The position numbers and the translations under genes are program-made. This document shows positions 21,225 through 31,452 of a stretch of DNA of 64,000 bases, piece after piece. The notes beneath the pieces were generated by a model that saw only the letters and a list, made by a program, of their open reading frames with translations, had not been told where the DNA came from and made no database searches. The number at the start of each line of letters is the position of its first letter. Position 1 is the stretch's first letter. The DNA is taken from NCBI GenBank assembly GCA_965198065.1, contig CBDAON010000004.1, positions 2,624,001 to 2,688,000 of the forward strand, read 5' to 3'. This DNA is from Longimicrobiales bacterium (GTDB lineage Bacteria; Gemmatimonadota; Gemmatimonadetes; Longimicrobiales; Gaopeijiaceae).

Positions 21225-23024
21225 ATGACCGGAAGAGGTGAAGCCGATCGGAACCGGGCGACGCGGCTCCGCACACGCATGGTCGGAACCCTGCGTGCCG
21301 AGCACGCGGGGGCGACGGAGCGGCTGGTGGGCTGGGTCCATCGGCGCCGAGATCTGGGGGGCCTCCTGTTCGTGGACCTCCGGGATCGAAGCGGGATCGT
21401 CCAGGTCTCGTTCGGTCCCGAGTGGACCGAGGCGGCGAGCCTCGAGCGAGCCCGGCGGCTGGGGAGCGAGGACGTCATCGGAGTCGAGGGTGAGGTCGTC
21501 GGTCGCCCCGAGGCCGCTCGGAACATGGAGCTGGCCACGGGCGACGTCGAGCTCAAGGCACGAAGCATCGAGATCCTGAACGCCGCGTCCACGCCGGTGA
21601 TCCCCGTGTTCCGCGGTGGGGACGAGGAGCTTCCCGCCGAGGAGCTCCGGCTCCGGAACCGGCACCTGGATCTCCGCCGCGCGGAGCTCCAGGAGAACCT
21701 CCGCCTCCGGCACGCGCTCATCCTCGCGGCCCGGGATTACCTGGACGGGCTCGGGTTCCTCGAGATCGAAACCCCGATCCTCACGAAGCCCACGCCGGAA
21801 GGGGCCCGGGACTACCTGGTCCCGAGCCGGGTGCATCCCGGGGAGTTCTACGCGCTTCCCCAGAGCCCGCAGCTCTACAAGCAAATCCTCATGACGGCGG
21901 GATACGACCGCTACTTCCAGATCGCCCGGTGCTTCCGAGACGAGGATCTGAGGGCGGACCGGCAGCCCGAGTTCACGCAGATCGACGTGGAGGCATCCTT
22001 CATCGAGCCCGACGATCTCTTCGGCTGGATGGAGGGGCTCATGGGGGCGCTCGCGGAGGTCGGGCACGTGGAGGCCCCGGCCCCCTTCCCGCGGGTGCGC
22101 TACGAGGAAGCCCTGGACCGTTTCGGCTCCGACCGGCCCGATCTGAGGTGGGAAGTCGAGATCTCCACCTGGACGGAAGCGCTCGGGACCGCGGACTCGG
22201 AGTTGCTGCGAGGCGCGGTCTCTCATGGAGGTCGGATCCGGGGGATCCGCCTGGCTGGGGGCGCGAAGCTCTCCCGGAAGGAGATCGAGGGGCTCGAGGG
22301 GATCGCGAAAGGGGCGGGAGCGCCCGGGCTCCTCTGGGCGAAGCGAACGGACGAGGGCGGGAGCGGCCCGCTCTCGCGATGGATGGAAGCCGGTCATTGG
22401 GAGGCGACCCAGGCCATGGAAGGCGACTTGCTCCTCGTGGCCGCGGGCCCGGACGGGGTGACCTCGCCTGCCCTCTCCGCGGTGCGCGGGGCGGCCGTCC
22501 GGGCGCTCGCCCTTCCCATGGTGCGTGACCACGCGTGGGTCTGGGTCACCGAGTTTCCGCTCTTCGTGGAGGACGAAGGCACCCTGGCGCCGAGTCACCA
22601 TCCGTTCGTGCTTCCGGTAGCCGAGGACGTCGCTCGGATCGAGGGGGATCCGGCGTCTGTCCGAAGTCTTGCGTACGACCTGGTGTACAACGGCACGGAG
22701 CTGGGCTCCGGGAGCCTCAGGATCCACGAGGCTGGACTCCAGCAGCGTGTGCTCCGCAGGTTGGGAATGACCGACGAGGAGATCGATCGGAAGTTCGGCT
22801 TCCTCCTCGAGGCGCTGGGATCCGGGGCGCCGCCCCATGGGGGCATTGCCCTCGGGATGGACCGGATCGTGAAGGACTTCGTCGGGGCGGGGAGCCTGAG
22901 GGACGTGATCGCGTTTCCGAAGACCACCGCGGCACGCGCTCTCTTCGAGGGCGCGCCCGCGCTGGCGAATCCGTCGGAGCTCACGGCCCTCGGCCTGGAG
23001 GTCCGCGCCGAGCGGTCCAAGTGA
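21225..23024 (+). CDS. aspS: aspartate--tRNA ligase
   Basis: GWVHRRRDLGG, TPEGARDYLVP, ALPQSPQ, FRDEDLRADRQPEFTQID, PPHGGIALGMDR. Confidence 0.97.
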   Translation: MTGRGEADRNRATRLRTRMVGTLRAEHAGATERLVGWVHRRRDLGGLLFVDLRDRSGIVQVSFGPEWTEAASLERARRLGSEDVIGVEGEVVGRPEAARNMELATGDVELKARSIEILNAASTPVIPVFRGGDEELPAEELRLRNRHLDLRRAELQENLRLRHALILAARDYLDGLGFLEIETPILTKPTPEGARDYLVPSRVHPGEFYALPQSPQLYKQILMTAGYDRYFQIARCFRDEDLRADRQPEFTQIDVEASFIEPDDLFGWMEGLMGALAEVGHVEAPAPFPRVRYEEALDRFGSDRPDLRWEVEISTWTEALGTADSELLRGAVSHGGRIRGIRLAGGAKLSRKEIEGLEGIAKGAGAPGLLWAKRTDEGGSGPLSRWMEAGHWEATQAMEGDLLLVAAGPDGVTSPALSAVRGAAVRALALPMVRDHAWVWVTEFPLFVEDEGTLAPSHHPFVLPVAEDVARIEGDPASVRSLAYDLVYNGTELGSGSLRIHEAGLQQRVLRRLGMTDEEIDRKFGFLLEALGSGAPPHGGIALGMDRIVKDFVGAGSLRDVIAFPKTTAARALFEGAPALANPSELTALGLEVRAERSK

Positions 23025-24028
23025 CGACACGGAGCGAGATGGCGAGCACCGAGAACACGATCACCGAGCACCGTCTGGACGCCGGCGGGGCCGACCACCT
23101 GATGCTCGCGGGCGTGAACGACGCGAACCTGCAGGAGTTGGCCCGGGTCTTCGGGATCCGGGTGGTCCTCCGGGGCGACGAGGTGACTATCTCCGGGGAG
23201 GTCCCGCGGCTGGAGCGTGCCGTTCCCGTCATGCAGCACCTGATCGAGCTTGCCAGGCTTCGCGCGCCGTTCGACTCGCTCGACGTCTCTCGCCTGGCCG
23301 AGGAGTTCGATCGGAAGGGCGCCGACGCTCAGGTACTCATCCGGCAACCGGAGCTCCGGATCGCGCTCCCCGGCATCCGGAAGGTCATCACGCCCAAATC
23401 GCAGGGGCAGGCCAAGTACTTGGAGACGATCTACGAGCACGACATCGTCATCGGGATCGGGCCGGCCGGCACCGGGAAGACGTACCTTGCCGTGGCCGCG
23501 GCCGTGGAAGCGCTCTACCGAAAGCGGGTCAAGCGCATCATCCTGGCGCGTCCGGCGGTCGAGGCCGGCGAGAACCTCGGTTTCCTTCCCGGCGACATGC
23601 AGGAGAAGGTCGATCCGTACCTCCGGCCCCTGTACGATGCACTTGAGGACATGATTCCGAGCGACCGGGTCCAGCGGGTCCTGGAGGACCGGACGATCGA
23701 GATCGCGCCTCTCGCCTACATGCGGGGCCGGACGCTCTCCGATGCCTTCGTGATCCTGGACGAGGCGCAGAACGCGTCGACGGCGCAGATGAAAATGTTC
23801 CTGACGCGGCTGGGACTGAACTCGAAAGTGGTGATCACTGGGGACAAGACCCAGATCGACCTTCCCAGGAGGGAGGACTCCGGGCTCCTGGAGGTCGAGC
23901 GAATCCTCACCGGGATCGAGGGGATCGCGTTCATCTACCTCGGCGGGTCGGACGTCGTCCGCCATCGACTCGTGAAGGACATCATCCGCGCTTACGCCCG
24001 GGCCGATAGACCGGAGCCGGAGTCGTGA
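23021..24028 (+). CDS. phoH: PhoH family ATPase with N-terminal KH-like domain
   Basis: GPAGTGKT, RPAVEAGENLGFLPGD, AYMRGRT, LDEAQN; start 23021 or 23039. Confidence 0.95.
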   Translation: MTTRSEMASTENTITEHRLDAGGADHLMLAGVNDANLQELARVFGIRVVLRGDEVTISGEVPRLERAVPVMQHLIELARLRAPFDSLDVSRLAEEFDRKGADAQVLIRQPELRIALPGIRKVITPKSQGQAKYLETIYEHDIVIGIGPAGTGKTYLAVAAAVEALYRKRVKRIILARPAVEAGENLGFLPGDMQEKVDPYLRPLYDALEDMIPSDRVQRVLEDRTIEIAPLAYMRGRTLSDAFVILDEAQNASTAQMKMFLTRLGLNSKVVITGDKTQIDLPRREDSGLLEVERILTGIEGIAFIYLGGSDVVRHRLVKDIIRAYARADRPEPES

Positions 24029-26553
24029 CGCCGGCCTCCGGGTCCGAGCGGGGCCGGTCCGGGGAGACCCCCCTCGGCCGCCTGTCGCGCGCGCCGAAGA
24101 ACCGGTGGCCCGACGGCACCCTTCACCACGGAAGCCGGTTTCTACTCTGGGTCCTCGTCGCGGCTGCCGTGACGTCGTTCTTCCCGAGCGTCCGAGGCCT
24201 CAGGTTCAGCGCGTACCAGCCCGGGATGGTGGCCTCGGAGGATCTGATCGCCGAGGTGACGTTCGGGGTTCCCAAAAACATGGCCGAGTTGAACCGCGAG
24301 CGGGACGCCGCGGCCGCGGTCGTGCCCCCGACCTTCGGCTTTGTTCCGGCGGCGGCCGACAACATGGCCGGGGCGCTTGATCGGTTCTTCGAAGCCACGG
24401 CGGCCCAGGCCGGAGCGGCCGAGCCGGACCAGGCGCTGGACAGCCTCCTCGCCGAGGCCGGTCTCGCCGTGCCGCCGGCCCAGCGGAACCTCCTGCGAGA
24501 CGAGGAGACGCGCGAGGTCCTCGCCGGTACCGCGCGCCAGGCCGTGCTGGAGATCCTACCCGAAGGCGTGCTCGACGAGGGGGCTCCGATCGATCCCGGA
24601 GCGGCCGGAAGGATCCTGATCGTGGAGCCGGACGGGAGCGAGCGCTTCGTAACGCTGGGCGACGTTCGCACGACGCGGGACTTCTACGAGGATGCCGCCG
24701 GGGAGCTGCCACCGGACGCGGGCTCCGAGCTGAACGAGCTCTACCGGATCGCCCTCATCCGCTTCATGGATCCGTCGCTCCGGTTCGACGCGGTGGCGAC
24801 CGGCCAGGACCGGGAGGCGGCTCGGAGGGCGGTGCCGGTCACCAAGGCGACGGTGCTCCAGGGGGAGGCGATCGTCCGGGCCAACCAGCAGGTGGGCGAG
24901 GAGGAGGCCGAGCGAATCCGCGCGTACGAGGAGGCGCTTCGGGGGCAGGGTCTATTGGCGGAGGGTGGCGTGGACGTCAGGGGCTTCATGGCCGGGCTGA
25001 CGCTGAACCTCATCGTCCTCGGTGTCTTCGGCTTCTTGGTCTACCTGTACCGTGACGACGTCTACCGCAACTTCCGCTGGCTCCTCCTCCTAGCGATCCT
25101 GATCCTCGCATTCACCGGTGCCGGCGGGATCGTCGCCCGTAACGGCCTCCTTCCGGAGATGCTCCCGATCGCGTTCGTCTCCCTAGCCACGGCCGTGCTC
25201 TGGGATGGGCGCCTCGCCCTCATCCTGGCCGCCACGATGGCCGCCCTCGTCGGGGCCCAGCTGCCTTTCCAGGACGTGAACGTGTGGCTCCCGGTATTCG
25301 TGGCCGGGTCCGCCGCGGCCCTCTCGGTTCGGGCCGTTCGCCGCCGGGCACAGACCTGGATCTTCATCGCGATCATCGTGGGCGCCTACCTGGCCGTGCT
25401 GTTCGGCCTCGGAGTCGTCCTCGACCGGGACATGGCTCAGGTCATGGAGTCGTTTGCCTGGGCCAGCGGGAACGCGGTCGTGAGCGCGATCCTCGCAATG
25501 GGTTTTCTCCCCGTGTTCGAGTGGTTCACGGGGATCACGACGGACCAGACGCTCCTCGAGTGGGCGGATCCGAACCGTCCGCTCCTCAAGCGCCTTTCGA
25601 TGGAGGCCCCCGGCACGTACGCCCACACAATCAACCTCGCGAACCTCTCGGAGGCTGCGGCGAGTGCGATCGGGGCGAACGGACTGCTTTGCCGGGCGGG
25701 GGTTTACTATCACGACGTCGGGAAGGTTTTGAAGCCCCACTACTTCATCGAGAACCAGCCCTCCGGCCGGAATCCGCACGACAAACTGAAGCCCGCCACC
25801 TCGGCTGCCATCGTGCGGGAGCACGTGACGGAGGGGATCGCGCTGGCCGAGGAGGCGAACCTCCCCGACGCCCTCGTGCGCTTCATCCCGGAGCACCACG
25901 GCACGCAGGAGATCTCGTTCTTCTACGAGCGGGCGAAGAAGGGGCTGGGGGAGGGGGGGGAGCTGGACCCGGAGGAGTACTGCTATCCGGGGCCCCGGCC
26001 ACAGAGTCGCGAGACCGCGATCGTCATGCTCGCGGACTCCGTGGAGTCGGCGGCTCGTTCGCTCCAGGATCCCACCACCGAGCGGCTGAAGGACCTGATC
26101 GACTCCATCGTGGACGACAAGATCCGTCAGGGGCAGCTGGACGAGGCTCCGCTCACGCTGAGGGAGATGGGCCAGATCCGAGATCAGTTCCTGAAGGTGT
26201 TGGGCGGAGTCTACCACACCCGAATCGATTACCCGCAGACGCGCCACCTCACGGAGTCGCACGCGTCCGACGAGGCTCCGACTCCCTCGTCCGCCGCGAG
26301 CGACGGTCCAGCGGAGGGGCCGTCGGATCGTTCCGGGGACGCGGCGGAAGGCCTCGGGGATTCAGGCGAGCGCCCGACCGGCGGCGAGAGGGCGGCCCCG
26401 TACCGCTCGCTTCCCGAGCGCGGTGCCAGGGGAGCCGGGGCCGCCGAGGACGCCAGAGCCTCCAGGGGAGCCAGGGCCGCCGAGGAGGAGCCGGCTCTGT
26501 TCCCGTTGGAGGGGGAGGGCGTCGCCGAGCGTGGCCCGAAGGGCGGAGGCTGA
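24025..26553 (+). CDS. 7TM-HD (HDIG) membrane phosphohydrolase, PgpH-like
   Basis: extracytoplasmic domain plus several TM helices, then APGTYAH...YHDVGK...HHGT...YPGPRP...MLADSVE; phoH-ybeY context. Confidence 0.9.
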   Translation: MTPASGSERGRSGETPLGRLSRAPKNRWPDGTLHHGSRFLLWVLVAAAVTSFFPSVRGLRFSAYQPGMVASEDLIAEVTFGVPKNMAELNRERDAAAAVVPPTFGFVPAAADNMAGALDRFFEATAAQAGAAEPDQALDSLLAEAGLAVPPAQRNLLRDEETREVLAGTARQAVLEILPEGVLDEGAPIDPGAAGRILIVEPDGSERFVTLGDVRTTRDFYEDAAGELPPDAGSELNELYRIALIRFMDPSLRFDAVATGQDREAARRAVPVTKATVLQGEAIVRANQQVGEEEAERIRAYEEALRGQGLLAEGGVDVRGFMAGLTLNLIVLGVFGFLVYLYRDDVYRNFRWLLLLAILILAFTGAGGIVARNGLLPEMLPIAFVSLATAVLWDGRLALILAATMAALVGAQLPFQDVNVWLPVFVAGSAAALSVRAVRRRAQTWIFIAIIVGAYLAVLFGLGVVLDRDMAQVMESFAWASGNAVVSAILAMGFLPVFEWFTGITTDQTLLEWADPNRPLLKRLSMEAPGTYAHTINLANLSEAAASAIGANGLLCRAGVYYHDVGKVLKPHYFIENQPSGRNPHDKLKPATSAAIVREHVTEGIALAEEANLPDALVRFIPEHHGTQEISFFYERAKKGLGEGGELDPEEYCYPGPRPQSRETAIVMLADSVESAARSLQDPTTERLKDLIDSIVDDKIRQGQLDEAPLTLREMGQIRDQFLKVLGGVYHTRIDYPQTRHLTESHASDEAPTPSSAASDGPAEGPSDRSGDAAEGLGDSGERPTGGERAAPYRSLPERGARGAGAAEDARASRGARAAEEEPALFPLEGEGVAERGPKGGG

Positions 26554-26601
26554 GACGCTCGGCCTCCGCCGGCCCGCGAGTCGGCCCTCTTGCGTCCTAC
26601 C

Positions 26602-27045
26602 ATGCGCGCCGCCGTCCACATCAACGCTCCCTCCGGGCACCCGCTCCCCCGGGACCTGATCGAGCGGGCGGTGAGGATCGCGCTCGAGGAGGAGGGCGTT
26701 TCGGACGGCGACGTGTCGGTCACCTTCCTGGAGGACGCTCCGATCCACGACCTGAACCGGCGCTGGCTGGGCCACGGCTGGGTTCCGGACGTGCTCTCGT
26801 TCCGACTCCACGATCGGGGTGAGCCGCCCGTCGCGGACGTGTACGTAGGCCTGGAGCAGGCCGAGCGCCAGGCCCGTGACGTGGGCGTGCCTCTCGACGA
26901 GGAGCTCTGCCGGCTCGCGATCCACGGCGTGCTCCACGCGCTCGGGCACGACCACCCCGCGCGGGCGGAGCCCAACGGGAGTGGGGAGGGGATGTTCGAG
27001 AGGCAGGAGACGCTCCTCCAGATGGCGCTCGGGAGGGCCCCTTGA
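26602..27045 (+). CDS. ybeY: rRNA maturation endoribonuclease YbeY
   Basis: LNRRW...DVLSF...IHGVLHALGHDH. Confidence 0.93.
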   Translation: MRAAVHINAPSGHPLPRDLIERAVRIALEEEGVSDGDVSVTFLEDAPIHDLNRRWLGHGWVPDVLSFRLHDRGEPPVADVYVGLEQAERQARDVGVPLDEELCRLAIHGVLHALGHDHPARAEPNGSGEGMFERQETLLQMALGRAP

Positions 27046-28691
27046 AGCGGATCTCCCGCGGAGGCCGGATCTTCTTCGCCCTCATTCCCTTCGTGTTCGC
27101 GTTCCTCCGCGACCGCCGGAGATTCGTGCTCGTCGGGCGGCCGGCTCGCCGGCGCGAGGCCAGTCACGATAGGCGCGCGCGCCGCTTGGTCGAGACGATC
27201 GCCTCCCTCGGGCCCACCTTCATCAAGCTCGCTCAGATCTTCGGATCGCGGGCCGACCTCGTGCCGGAGCCGTACCTCTCGGCCATCGCGACGCTGCAGG
27301 ACCAGGTGCCGCCGGTCCCCTGGGAGGGGGCGCGTCAGGTGATCGAGACCGAGCTGGGGCGCCCCGTGGACGAGGTGTTCGAGGACTTCGAGGTCGTTCC
27401 CATGGCCGCGGCTTCGCTGGGGCAGGTGCATCGGGCCAGGCTCGAGGGACGGGAGGTCGCCGTGAAGCTCCTCCGGCCCCACGTGGAGGAGACCGTGGCC
27501 CTGGACCTGGACCTGTCGTTCCGCGTCCTCTTCTGGCTGAACATCCTCTTTCCCAACCATCACGTGCAGGGCATCACGAACGTGATCCGGGAGTTCTCCG
27601 TCCGGGTCCGGGAGGAGATGGATTTCCTGAACGAAGCCGAGAACATGGCGCACGCGCGGAGGCTCTTCGCCTCCCTGAAGGGGGTGCGAGCGCCCAACGT
27701 CGTGGGGGGGCTCACGACCCAGCGTCTTCTTGTGATGGAATACCTCAGGGGAACGAAGGCGGACCACCTTCACGACCGCTTCGCTTCGGGGGAGCTGCGG
27801 TTCGACGAGGTGATGGAGAGGCTGACGGGCGTTTACCTACGCATGATGATGACGGACGGCTTCATGCATGCGGATCCCCATCCGGGCAATCTCATGGTGG
27901 CGGAAGACGGGTCGGTCGTCGTCCTCGACTGGGGGATGGTGCTCTCCGTGCCGCGCTGGACCCGGGACGCGATCCTTGGCGTCGCACTGGCCATCGAGCA
28001 GGAGGATCTGGATGGTATGATTAGCGGCATGTATCGGCTCGGCATGATCTCTCCCGAGGTCTCGAGGGGTGAGATCCGCGAGGCAGCCACCGAGATCATG
28101 CAGATCATGGACCGTGCCCGCGGCTCGTCGCGCGAGCGCGTGCAGGAGGTCGTGCAGGAGCTGTGGGACACGTTCTACACGTGGCCGCTCATGCTGCCCC
28201 GGGAGCTCGTCTACTTCTTCCGGGCAGCCGTCCTCCTCGAGGGCATCGGCTTCCGCTACCGCCCGGACTTCAACGGCCTGCACCTGATCCGGAAGGTGAT
28301 CCGGGCCTCCAGGGCGGAGCTCGTGAAGGGCGTGACCCGGGAACCCATTTCCGTCGCGCGGGACGTGCTGGGCGAGGTGACCCACACGCTGCGCTCGGTC
28401 CGAGAGCTCCTTCAGCGGACGGAGCGGGACGAGCTCCGGGTCCGTGTGCATCCCCGGGACGCGCAAGCGCAGGAGCACTTCCTGCACCTTCAGGCCCGTC
28501 GCCTCCTCCTCTCGATCTTCGCGACGGCCACCGCGGTCATCAGCGCCATCATCTTCCTCGAGATCCGGAACGTCTGGCTCCTCGGCCTCGGGCTGGGCGT
28601 CGCTCTCGTGATGTTCGTTCTCGTCCTCTTCATCCCGACCCACCTCCTCGAAAACCCGCTCCGGCACGCGCGGGGGATCCGGCCACGGTGA
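27042..28691 (+). CDS. AarF/UbiB/ABC1 family atypical kinase
   Basis: LGPTFIKLAQ, AAASLGQVH, VAVK, HADPHPGN, LDWGMV; C-terminal TM helices. Confidence 0.93.
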   Translation: MKRISRGGRIFFALIPFVFAFLRDRRRFVLVGRPARRREASHDRRARRLVETIASLGPTFIKLAQIFGSRADLVPEPYLSAIATLQDQVPPVPWEGARQVIETELGRPVDEVFEDFEVVPMAAASLGQVHRARLEGREVAVKLLRPHVEETVALDLDLSFRVLFWLNILFPNHHVQGITNVIREFSVRVREEMDFLNEAENMAHARRLFASLKGVRAPNVVGGLTTQRLLVMEYLRGTKADHLHDRFASGELRFDEVMERLTGVYLRMMMTDGFMHADPHPGNLMVAEDGSVVVLDWGMVLSVPRWTRDAILGVALAIEQEDLDGMISGMYRLGMISPEVSRGEIREAATEIMQIMDRARGSSRERVQEVVQELWDTFYTWPLMLPRELVYFFRAAVLLEGIGFRYRPDFNGLHLIRKVIRASRAELVKGVTREPISVARDVLGEVTHTLRSVRELLQRTERDELRVRVHPRDAQAQEHFLHLQARRLLLSIFATATAVISAIIFLEIRNVWLLGLGLGVALVMFVLVLFIPTHLLENPLRHARGIRPR

Positions 28692-28902
28692 CGGAGGGTC
28701 GGGGTTGCGGGCGTGCCTCTGCGGGCCAGCGGATTCAGGAAGTCGTCGTACGCGCTCGTCGGTTAGGTGCGGTCGGTCGACAAGCGGCGAGTCCGGAGCG
28801 TCATCAGTGAGGTGAGCCCCCTAGGAGCTCCGGAGGATCGACGAGGGCCTCATCCTGCTCTTCGGTCTGGATCGCTGAGCGCGGAAGTGGCAGTATTACC
28901 GG

Positions 28903-29904
28903 ATGATCGACATTCGTACCGATTGGACCCGAGACGAGGTCGAGGCGATCTACCGCCTCCCCCTCCTGGAGCTCGTGTTCCGCGCCGCGGCGGTCCACCG
29001 GGAGGTCCACGAGACCGGCGAGGTCCAGGTTTGCACGCTCCTCTCCATCAAGACGGGTCGCTGTCCGGAGGACTGCGCGTACTGCCCGCAGTCCGTGCAC
29101 TACGACACGGGCGTCGAGGTGACCGGCGTGCTCGACCGCGAGCGGACTCTGGGCGCGGCCAGGGCGGCCAAGGGCGCGGGGAGCACCCGATTCTGCATGG
29201 GAGCCGCGTGGCGGTCAGTCCGGGACGGCCCCGAGTTCGACCATGTGCTCGACATGGTGCGGGAGGTGTCGGACCTCGGGCTCGAGGTCTGCTGCACCCT
29301 CGGGATGCTGACGGACGACCAGGCCAAGAGGCTCAAGGAGGCGGGGCTCTACGCCTACAACCACAACCTGGACGCGAGTGAGCGGTTCTACGGCACGATC
29401 ATCTCGACGCGCACCTACCAGGACCGGCTCGATACGCTTGAGCGCGTCCGGCGGCACGACATCTCTGTCTGCTGCGGGGGGATCCTGGGCATGGGCGAGA
29501 CCGAGGACGATCGAATCGACCTCCTCCACACCCTGGCGACCCAGCCCCAGCACCCGGAGTCAGTCCCCATCAACGCGCTGGTGGCCGTCGAAGGAACGCC
29601 CCTGGGGGACCAACCCAAGGTCCCGTGTTGGGAAATGGCGCGGGCGATTGGGACGGCCCGAGTCCTCATGCCGAGGGCGATGGTGCGACTTTCCGCGGGC
29701 CGGGTCGATCTTTCGATGGCCGAGCAGGCGCTGTGCTTCCTCGCCGGCGCGAACTCGATCTTCGCGGGCGAGAAGCTCCTCACGACAGAGAACAACGACT
29801 GGGACGAGGACCGGGAAATGTTCCGGATCCTCGGCCTGACGCCGCGCGCGGCGTACAGGGATGCCAGGCCGGAGCACGTACCGGCTCGGGCGTCCGCGTC
29901 CTAG
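28903..29904 (+). CDS. bioB: biotin synthase
   Basis: CPEDCAYCPQS, YNHNLD, PESVPIN, GANSIF. Confidence 0.97.
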   Translation: MIDIRTDWTRDEVEAIYRLPLLELVFRAAAVHREVHETGEVQVCTLLSIKTGRCPEDCAYCPQSVHYDTGVEVTGVLDRERTLGAARAAKGAGSTRFCMGAAWRSVRDGPEFDHVLDMVREVSDLGLEVCCTLGMLTDDQAKRLKEAGLYAYNHNLDASERFYGTIISTRTYQDRLDTLERVRRHDISVCCGGILGMGETEDDRIDLLHTLATQPQHPESVPINALVAVEGTPLGDQPKVPCWEMARAIGTARVLMPRAMVRLSAGRVDLSMAEQALCFLAGANSIFAGEKLLTTENNDWDEDREMFRILGLTPRAAYRDARPEHVPARASAS

Positions 29905-30062
29905 GCGTCGTCTGGGAAACGCGCACAGGAGTATCCTCGCCGCCCGGCCGATCGCGGGCCGGCGCCTACGCGAGCCCGAGTGAGCGCGAGAGGGGTTGGC
30001 CGACCTACCTCATCGCCACCTGGCCCAGCACCCAGATCCAGGGTCCCAGCTGGGGGCGGTAC

Positions 30063-30266
30063 TCACGGCCGGCTGCCCGGGTCCTCGTCCTTCCGTGCAC
30101 CGCCCGAGCCGTCCCTCGTCCCCAGCCGCCCCGCGTCCCGGAGCGCCCGTCGGAGCAGGAACTCTATTTGCCCGTTCACGCTCCGGAGCTCGTCGTCCGC
30201 CCAGCGACGCACCGCGTCGAGGACCCTGGGATCGATCCGGATCAGGAAAGCGTCGCGCTTCGGCAC
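30063..30266 (-). CDS. Arc-like ribbon-helix-helix DNA-binding protein
   Basis: AFLIRIDP...WADDELRSVNGQIEFLL; lies directly downstream of the SPFH gene. Confidence 0.8.
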   Translation of the reverse strand: MPKRDAFLIRIDPRVLDAVRRWADDELRSVNGQIEFLLRRALRDAGRLGTRDGSGGARKDEDPGSRP

Positions 30267-30314
30267 CGGTGACGAGCCTTCTCGGCCGTGGGGCCCCGGC
30301 GGGCTCGGCTGGCC

Positions 30315-31252
30315 TTAGGAGTAGAGGCTCCCGGTGTTCACGACCGGTTGCGTATGGCGATCGCTGCATAGCACGACCAGGAGATTGGCCACCATGTGGG
30401 CTCGGCGCTCGTCGTCCAGCTCCACGATCCCCTGCGTGGCGAGGTGCTCGAGCGCCATCTGGACCATGCCCACGGCGCCTTCCACGATCTTCGTGCGCGC
30501 GGCCACGACGGCCTGGGCCTGCTGGCGCTGGAGCATGGCGGCGGCAATCTCGGCCGAGTAAGCAAGGTGGCTGATCCGGGCCTCGACCGCCTCGACGCCC
30601 GCGCGCCCCATCCGCTCTTGGATGTCCGCCTTCAGCTGCTCGGAGATCTCCTGCGTGTTCCCGCGGAGCGAGATCTCGTGGTCCTCGCTGTCGTAGGGGT
30701 GCCGGCTCGCCATGTTCCGGAGCGCTGACTCGCTCTGGATCGCGACGTAATCCTCGAAATCGTCCACCTCGAGGAGCGCCTCCGCCGTATCCACGACCCG
30801 CCACACGACGACCGCGGAGATGTCCACGGGATTCCCGTCCCGGTCGTTCACTTTGGAAGGCCGGCCGGACGAGCGGTGGGCGGGCTGGACAACCTTCCCC
30901 GCCGCGTCCCTTTGCTCCTCGACCTTGGCCGCGCCCGTCTCGAAGTTCCGGATCCTGAGGGACACCTTCTTCTTCGTGTAAAAGGGGTTCACCCAGAAGA
31001 AGCCGGACTCTCTAACCGAACCTTGTACGTGCCGAAGAGGAGCAGCACGCGAGCCTCGTTCGGCTGCACGGCGAGGAAACCCGCCATGGAAATGATCGCG
31101 AGGGTGGGGAGGAGGATCGCCGCCGCGATCTCCAGGCTGCCCGGGGCCGGGAGCGACCGGACGAGGGCCAGCGGCCCGCTCACGAGGGCGAGGAGGATGA
31201 TGAGGAGCGGGACCCAGCCGGAGGCGGCCCTGTAACGGATCTCTCGCACCAT
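30315..31252 (-). pseudogene. SPFH/band-7 domain membrane protein, frameshifted near 31020 (real or sequencing error)
   Basis: N-part (TM helices, [16 protein letters not shown]) and C-part (GFFWVNPF...KVNDRDGNP...MLQRQQA...VNTGSLY) lie in different frames; one G is missing in AAGG(G)TTCG. Confidence 0.85.
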
Positions 31253-31278
31253 CGCTGGGACTCCCTCCGCACGAGGAG

Positions 31279-31308
31279 TGATAGTGATACACTATCGTAA
31301 TGATATCA
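31279..31308. promoter_or_regulatory. AT-rich operator-like array upstream of the SPFH-RHH operon
   Basis: inverted repeat GATAGTG-ATA-CACTATC (31280-31296) and palindrome TGATATCA (31301-31308). Confidence 0.6.
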
Positions 31309-31452
31309 CAAATAGTGGGGCTCGTCCAGGAGCCAGGAAGTGCGCGCGGGCCTATCCCGGGGACGCCCGTTTCCCGCTGCGGGCGTGGAGGGCCAGCGGA
31401 GCGAGGGCAAGGTGGTGTTGACCGGCCGCCTGGCTTCGGGAGTGGCTCGCTA

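Noticed and set aside
21090..23030. Large antisense ORFs (e.g. 646 aa opposite aspS, 592 aa at 2393, 546 aa opposite acnA)
   Set aside because: Shadow ORFs with no recognisable motifs, opposite well-supported genes.
26426..26486. 36-bp-period duplication in the 7TM-HD tail
   Set aside because: Lies in a disordered low-complexity C-terminus; no functional signal.
28692..28902. BirA operator or riboswitch upstream of bioB (also checked upstream of bioF)
   Set aside because: No TGTxAAC-N-GTTxACA-type palindrome or recognisable aptamer was found by eye.
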